A DNA stretch of 32,000 bases from Candidatus Odinarchaeota archaeon (lineage in GTDB: Archaea; Asgardarchaeota; Odinarchaeia; Odinarchaeales; Odinarchaeaceae). The stretch spans positions 1 to 32,000 of the forward strand of contig JAWBON010000003.1 of assembly GCA_038826135.1 (NCBI GenBank), written 5' to 3'. The position numbers and the translations under genes are program-made. This document shows positions 26,826-32,000 of this stretch, piece by piece. Position 1 is the stretch's first letter. Every line of letters starts with the position of its first letter. Under the pieces are notes generated by a model. That model was not told where the DNA came from, searched no databases, and saw nothing but the letters and a program-made list of their open reading frames with translations.

Positions 26826-27257
26826 TTACTGTTTTTGCCTTTCACTGTAATAAGCGTCAAATACTTTTTTAACACGTTCAGCTAGTGGCCCAACACCCTC
26901 AACACCGCCCTCAGTCACTTTTATCTTGTTGAGCACAGTTATGAGGCGGGCATCCTCTATGTATTTAACCTCGCCGGGTGGGAAAAGCTTCTGTAACTCG
27001 TTAGCTAACCCTGCAAGGTCGAATGGTTCCTCGCTTTTGATAAGTTCTGTGATCTTATTCCCATATAAGAAAACTTTATGGTATTGAACACCGCTCTCGT
27101 CTTTAACGTTAGTTAAGCAAATACTAAGAGTATTCGGATCATATCCTTTAAAAATCCCTGTATATGTCTTATTAGACTCGGTTTTAACCGATACAGGCGA
27201 CTCTAGAATGGCTGTTAACTCCCTAAAAAATTTTCTACCCGCAGTGCTTTCAGACAT
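26826..27257 (-). CDS. Lsm/SmAP3-type RNA-binding protein (Sm fold plus Lsm C-terminal domain)
   Basis: YTGIFKGYDPNTLSICL Sm1, KVFLYG Sm2, C-terminal GVEGVGPLAERV; ATG 27257 preferred. Confidence 0.85.
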   Translation of the reverse strand: MSESTAGRKFFRELTAILESPVSVKTESNKTYTGIFKGYDPNTLSICLTNVKDESGVQYHKVFLYGNKITELIKSEEPFDLAGLANELQKLFPPGEVKYIEDARLITVLNKIKVTEGGVEGVGPLAERVKKVFDAYYSERQKQ

Positions 27258-28007
27258 GTCTACTTCTCTCCTATTCACTTATTTTAAAATATATGGTTTA
27301 TTATCTCAAGCTAAAACAATATATTAACGCTTTTTAAAGATAAATACTCATTGTATTAAAACTTTATTTATTTGAAGGCTGATTAATTTCTCAAAATCGA
27401 CTATCTTAAAACTCTAAGATGTTAAAATCTCTAATTATTCAACACTCTCGCATATGTTCAGCGAATTTTGTAAGCAGCTAAAGCGCACATATATAAATAT
27501 TCTATAAATCTAAAAATTAAAACTGAAAATAGAATTCAGTGTGTGAGGCGTCCACTAAAGGTCGGTTTTATACCAGTTATAAAAAACACAGCCACCACAG
27601 ATACTAAAAGAACATTTAGGTTAGGGAAGAGAGCGCAGATAAATATAAAACGTTTATATGTGAATGCCTGCTGAACTAAATATTTTTAATAAAGATGAAC
27701 GTGTTAAAGTTGCACTGTCTGGAAGAGTCTATAACGTGGAAAAAAATCGAGAATACGCTGATCATTCAAGAATCATTCTGGGGGCTTCTAGCCACCCTCA
27801 CTCTAACCGGGAACCGCATAGACGCCCCGTTTTTTTAAAAAAACATCTATCTATCGATTAAAAAACCTAATATTTTCACTTATCTCTCTAACCCTATTTT
27901 AATTCCCGTGAAATTCATCTATCCCTCTTTTAATAATACTGCTCGTTCGAATCATAGTTACAACAAGTTCGTATAAATGTTAAAAGACGCCCCCACTCTT
28001 TTTTTAC

Positions 28008-28988
28008 TTGGTGTTAAATATGGTGGAAAGCATTTGCCCTGAATGTGGAGGCCATATTGTTATAACCACCGGCGAGTATGTTTGCTCTATTTGCGGGCTA
28101 GTGTTAGATAAACTATTCCAGCAGCCTTTAGAAGCTCTAGATAATACTAACCCTAAGTCAAGCGGCGCCCTCGGAGAGAGGCTTCACATAGTGGATGGGC
28201 TTGGCAGTTATATAGACTACCATAACTCGCATAGATTATCAGATTTAAAATTATTGAGAGTCTCTGAAAGAAGGAGAAATCTACTTCAAAGATTAAAAAA
28301 CACACATAACTTTTACGCGAGATATACTAACCATCAAACAGAGTACCGTATACTTAGAATACTCAACCAGATAACAGCTATCCTCAGTCTACCTGCGTAT
28401 GTAAGGGATAACGCTGCATACATTTACAGGAAGATAAAAAACAAATACCAAGCTAAAATTGTAAACCATATATCTCTAATCGCGGTGTGTATTCTATTAT
28501 CGATTAGAGAGCAGGGTTATGTTACCCCGTTAACTTTAACAGAGCTATGCACCGCATTTCAAAAACTAGGTCACAGAGTAAACGAGCGTCTAATAACTAG
28601 AACCGCCCTTAAACTTAGAATTAACTTAGGCTATAAAGTGAAAGTGAGGAAAAGTGAAGATTATTTGACGCGGCTTATATCATTAATCTCTAACAATGAA
28701 AAAATAAAGAGTAAAATCTTAGAGCAAAAAGAGGATATTTACTGGCATAGACTCAACTTGAAGGCGATAGATCTCTTAAATAAGATCCCTAAAATCGAGC
28801 GGGGGGGAAGACACCCATACGTCTTCGCAGCGTCGATTATTTACGCTGCTGAAAGATCTCTCGCCTATGAGGAAAACAGGCAACCACTTCTAACTCAAAA
28901 AGAAGTCGCGAACATATTAGGGGTGGCGGAATACAGCATTCGTGATCACTATCGATATATAAACAACTATGCTGCTAATTTAAGCTGA
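28008..28988 (+). CDS. Divergent TFB/TFIIB-family paralogue
   Basis: Zn ribbon CPECGG...VCSICGLVL; cyclin-repeat motifs LSLP...AAYIYRK and GGRHP...AASIIYAA...LTQKEVA. Confidence 0.8.
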   Translation: MVLNMVESICPECGGHIVITTGEYVCSICGLVLDKLFQQPLEALDNTNPKSSGALGERLHIVDGLGSYIDYHNSHRLSDLKLLRVSERRRNLLQRLKNTHNFYARYTNHQTEYRILRILNQITAILSLPAYVRDNAAYIYRKIKNKYQAKIVNHISLIAVCILLSIREQGYVTPLTLTELCTAFQKLGHRVNERLITRTALKLRINLGYKVKVRKSEDYLTRLISLISNNEKIKSKILEQKEDIYWHRLNLKAIDLLNKIPKIERGGRHPYVFAASIIYAAERSLAYEENRQPLLTQKEVANILGVAEYSIRDHYRYINNYAANLS

Positions 28989-29214
28989 TGGATATGACTA
29001 GTTGTGAAATAAATAAAACGATAATTATTGACGCCACTATGTAAGTAATACTTTCTAAAATTCCGCTTCCCCTTACTAAAATTAAAGCAGTAGGGATACT
29101 TAACGCGTAGACGCCGGCTAAAAAAATATGGCTTACAATCTCATTACTAATAGATAACACTAAAATTCCCGTAAACCAAATTAGGTAAATAACAACTATT
29201 AGTAAAATAAGCAA
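28975..29214 (-). CDS. Small membrane protein
   Basis: Almost entirely hydrophobic 79 aa directly downstream of the 131-aa gene. Confidence 0.5.
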   Translation of the reverse strand: MLILLIVVIYLIWFTGILVLSISNEIVSHIFLAGVYALSIPTALILVRGSGILESITYIVASIIIVLFISQLVISISLN

Positions 29215-29218
29215 TCAA

Positions 29219-29614
29219 CTACACCTCTAAAAATCTTATTACCAATATGCCATCATCACAGGATACGCTAAGTAAAAACTCTCCCGAACCATTCGGCGGC
29301 GTAAGATTAACAATTAAAGGATAGGTTTGCTTTAAAATATAGTTATCCCCATCCCCATACTGGCAATAAACAGTTTTATCCAGACTCCAGACACTTATAT
29401 TTGGCGGTATGTTGACGCGGTCCAAGTAAACCCCGCCGCGCTCTAGTACTTCTTTAGCAGCGTAATCTATTTGACTCATCAACACAGAAGCGTTCTGGTA
29501 GTTCTCAGCTTGACCGATAGTATTTAATACTAAATTAATAAGAGGCACCCCTATCGCAATACATATTGAAAGAGAAAGTGTTAGGCCGACCGCCCTCTCA
29601 AGCGTTACATGCAT
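29219..29614 (-). CDS. Single N-terminal TM protein, possibly pilin-like
   Basis: VTLERAVGLTLSLSICIAIG N-terminal helix followed by a beta-rich domain; lies beside a pilus ATPase locus. Confidence 0.45.
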   Translation of the reverse strand: MHVTLERAVGLTLSLSICIAIGVPLINLVLNTIGQAENYQNASVLMSQIDYAAKEVLERGGVYLDRVNIPPNISVWSLDKTVYCQYGDGDNYILKQTYPLIVNLTPPNGSGEFLLSVSCDDGILVIRFLEV

Positions 29615-29681
29615 AACTTAGCCCACCATTTATTCAGAGCGGTGTATTTAAACACTGCTAAACATAAATTACCGGATAAGT

Positions 29682-30347
29682 ATGAAGATAGTTATTTTTC
29701 TCTCAGCTCAGGGAGGTGTAGGGCGTTCACAAATAATAAGCAGCCTAGCATATTTATTATCAAATTTAGGTCGAAAAGTAGGCGTGATCGATTTATGCGG
29801 GAACAGTATTGAAGAACTGCTGAAAACAATTAACTCAATCACACCAGTTTTAGTAGCCGGCATAAACAATTACAAACCTCAATCTCTTATAGAAAAATGG
29901 GAGAAGGAAGGGGTTGATTTCACATTAGTCAACCACCTCTCCGACTATTCTGAGATAAAAACAGAAAGTATTCTAATAGTGACAACACCTCTAAGATTAA
30001 GTTTACTAAGAAACAGAAGATTAGCCTATAATATTAGAAATAAAAACCCTCAGGCTAAGATTAGCGTAGTTTTAAACAAAGTCGGTGAATGTGAAAACTA
30101 CGAGTACAAGAACATCATAGTTGAAAAAATTCTCGGCGCACCTGTCATTCAACAAATCCCATATGACCTAGATTTTATCAGATGTGAACAATTGGGCACT
30201 CCACTACCAAAACTTGCAGGTAAAACACCGACCGTGATATCATTATTAGAATTACTTAGCCTTGTCTGTGAAATCCAAATACCTGTTAACATACTCAAAT
30301 CTGAAAAACACTCCCGGTTAAAATTAAATAAGAGGTGTGAAAGATGA
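29682..30347 (+). CDS. Degenerate MinD/ParA (TadZ/CpaE-like) protein
   Basis: SAQGGVGRS in place of SGKGGVGKT; KVGVIDL, VVLNKV and IPYD motifs. Confidence 0.7.
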   Translation: MKIVIFLSAQGGVGRSQIISSLAYLLSNLGRKVGVIDLCGNSIEELLKTINSITPVLVAGINNYKPQSLIEKWEKEGVDFTLVNHLSDYSEIKTESILIVTTPLRLSLLRNRRLAYNIRNKNPQAKISVVLNKVGECENYEYKNIIVEKILGAPVIQQIPYDLDFIRCEQLGTPLPKLAGKTPTVISLLELLSLVCEIQIPVNILKSEKHSRLKLNKRCER

Positions 30348-30685
30348 CTGTTAAAAAAAGTATAGAAGATTTAGTAATCATCTTTAAAGAAAGCGGGCTT
30401 GAAGAGAAAACTATTATGGTAATTCTACGTAAACTCGGGTTGCCTGAAACCCAGGTTCGAAACACACTATTAAAACTATCCCTTCTTGACAGACTAAACA
30501 GTGAAACATGTAATTCTACGCCTTTAACTAGTGGAGTGGATGATGTGAAAAACTGTGAACCCCCTACTGTACGCATAGACGAGTTTAATAATATTCTAAA
30601 AAAGAATAACCTCCTGCTCGAACAATTACTTGAAATAATATCTGAGAAACCGAGCACCCCTGAACGTGAAAACACCAGTAGCTGA
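30344..30685 (+). CDS. Hypothetical protein, operonic with the MinD-like gene
   Basis: ATGA overlap with the upstream stop, SD GAGGTG; helical N-terminus and C-terminal coiled segment. Confidence 0.6.
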   Translation: MTVKKSIEDLVIIFKESGLEEKTIMVILRKLGLPETQVRNTLLKLSLLDRLNSETCNSTPLTSGVDDVKNCEPPTVRIDEFNNILKKNNLLLEQLLEIISEKPSTPERENTSS

Positions 30686-30842
30686 TTTTTTATATATTTA
30701 TTCTAATTAATTTACGGGTTTAGTTACGCGTTTAAACACGTTTCCAATATCCAAAATTAACCAGGAGAAAACAGAAATCCACGACCTTGTAATCAGAGAG
30801 TTCTCCAATCTCAAACTAGGCGAAGCCTGTATTGGAAAAATT

Positions 30843-32000
30843 TTGCAGAGAATTTTTAGTATAACCGCAAGCGCTGAAATATCCTGGCTTAGAATTCAAG
30901 TTAAACTAGCTGATGCGACTATTCTCATACCTGAAGAATTCCAGAAAACCATCATAGACTTATATAAAAAAATCTCCAACAGTTATACAGCTCTAACATC
31001 AATGGATATATTCAAAAATATGTGCGGGGCAGGCTACTCCTGTCCGAATATTAAGCATCTGTTAAAAAACGAATTAATAAACAACTCGATCACAAAAGAT
31101 CCTTTAAAATATTATTTAGAACTGGTAATCGATTTAGAAGCTTTAAAATCTGTGAAAAAAGAAAAATGCAATAAGTGTTTAAAGAAGGTTTTAAAAAATC
31201 TTAATAAAATTAAAGAAAAACTTGAACAGACAAACCTGATCAGAGATTATTTGAAACTGCCCTCCGATATAAAAATTAAACCATTAGAATTAATATACGA
31301 GCGATTAATAGTATTCGAAATCATACCGGATAAAGAACCATCTGACAACTTGACACCCACGTCCACCCGCCCCCTCTTAGACTCTTATATTATAGGACCA
31401 TATCAGATAAGCATATACCCCCCCAGCGAGGTGTCAAACGAGTATTTATACCAGGCTACACCGCTTTTACCAGAATGCGATTTCAATTTAACCGTAAAAC
31501 AGTTTCAAAAATATATAGATAACCTAAACTATTTCTCTAAAAACGTTGATGAATATTACCCCCCTGAACAATTAATCGAGATAAGGAAAAAACAGGCTGA
31601 ATCATTTGTTAAAACAAATCTGTCAAACAGTTCTCCTAAAACTGATAAAATTCTGATAGAATATTTAAGCTATCAGACAACCGCGCTGAAACCTTTAATA
31701 CCTTACTTAATCGATGATCAAATCGAAGAAATATTTATCGACAACCCTTATTCTAGAATATATCTTGACCACCGTCGACTCGGTAGATGCATAACATCTC
31801 AATTACTAGATAAAAGCGGCTTCGATAAACTTGTTACATATTTAAGAGCTACTACAGGTCTCAGATTAGATGCGAAAAACCCTTCACTGAAGACAGAGCT
31901 TTTAACCAGCGCGTTTCATATAAGAATCTCCGTTGACATAAGTCCCCTAGCAGCCGACTGCTTCCATGTGGATATTAGAAAACTTAGAAGAAAATATTTT
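30843..32000 (+). CDS. Type II/IV secretion (VirB11/TadA/ArlI-like) ATPase, N-terminal part; runs off the window; start uncertain
   Basis: Frame open from 30711 to the end; LIPYLIDDQIEEIFIDNP...YLDHRRLGRC and RISVDISPL...DIRK motifs; first TTG 30843, first ATG 31002. Confidence 0.8.
   Translation, partial: MQRIFSITASAEISWLRIQVKLADATILIPEEFQKTIIDLYKKISNSYTALTSMDIFKNMCGAGYSCPNIKHLLKNELINNSITKDPLKYYLELVIDLEALKSVKKEKCNKCLKKVLKNLNKIKEKLEQTNLIRDYLKLPSDIKIKPLELIYERLIVFEIIPDKEPSDNLTPTSTRPLLDSYIIGPYQISIYPPSEVSNEYLYQATPLLPECDFNLTVKQFQKYIDNLNYFSKNVDEYYPPEQLIEIRKKQAESFVKTNLSNSSPKTDKILIEYLSYQTTALKPLIPYLIDDQIEEIFIDNPYSRIYLDHRRLGRCITSQLLDKSGFDKLVTYLRATTGLRLDAKNPSLKTELLTSAFHIRISVDISPLAADCFHVDIRKLRRKYF

Noticed and set aside
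27664-27861. 65-aa ORF as a protein-coding gene
   Set aside because: No recognisable motif or clear SD; cannot be supported
1060-30675. Antisense or overlapping ORFs in the track (e.g. 1060-1290, 2049-2507, 5457-5717, 7498-7881, 10642-10959, 13306-13584, 17486-17764, 25726-25971, 30295-30675)
   Set aside because: They overlap well-supported genes and show no motifs; treated as shadow ORFs

Overview
AT-rich archaeal chromosomal window. The mix of PolD small subunit, FtsZ2-type protein, Alba, SmAP3-type Lsm and intron-rich tRNAs suggests an Asgard (Odinarchaeia-like) host; this is inference only. In order: partial SPOUT methyltransferase divergent from rpl3-rpl4-rpl23-rpl2; PhoU, DUF2070, metalloprotease-like, MsrBA and PRC-barrel genes; three tRNA genes carrying five bulge-helix-bulge (BHB) introns, four at non-canonical sites; a porGDAB-type oxidoreductase operon; alba; a probable replication-origin cluster (conserved helical protein, ExeA-like AAA+ ATPase with an RHH partner, HTH-CBS, DP1, Cdc6/Orc1, two winged-helix genes, two ORB elements, Cas2-like gene); ftsZ, PHP, tgtA, Lsm, a TFB paralogue and the start of a type IV pilus-like locus. 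Best finding: the adenosine-kinase-family (COG1839-like) gene is interrupted by a 27-nt insert (14102-14128) with two in-frame stops that folds as a near-perfect BHB. Excising it at the standard BHB cut sites restores a 173-aa protein, so it is a candidate tRNA-type intron in a protein-coding gene. Second: an origin-proximal AAA+ ATPase/RHH cassette with partition-system-like architecture. All family assignments come from motif recognition, not database searches.
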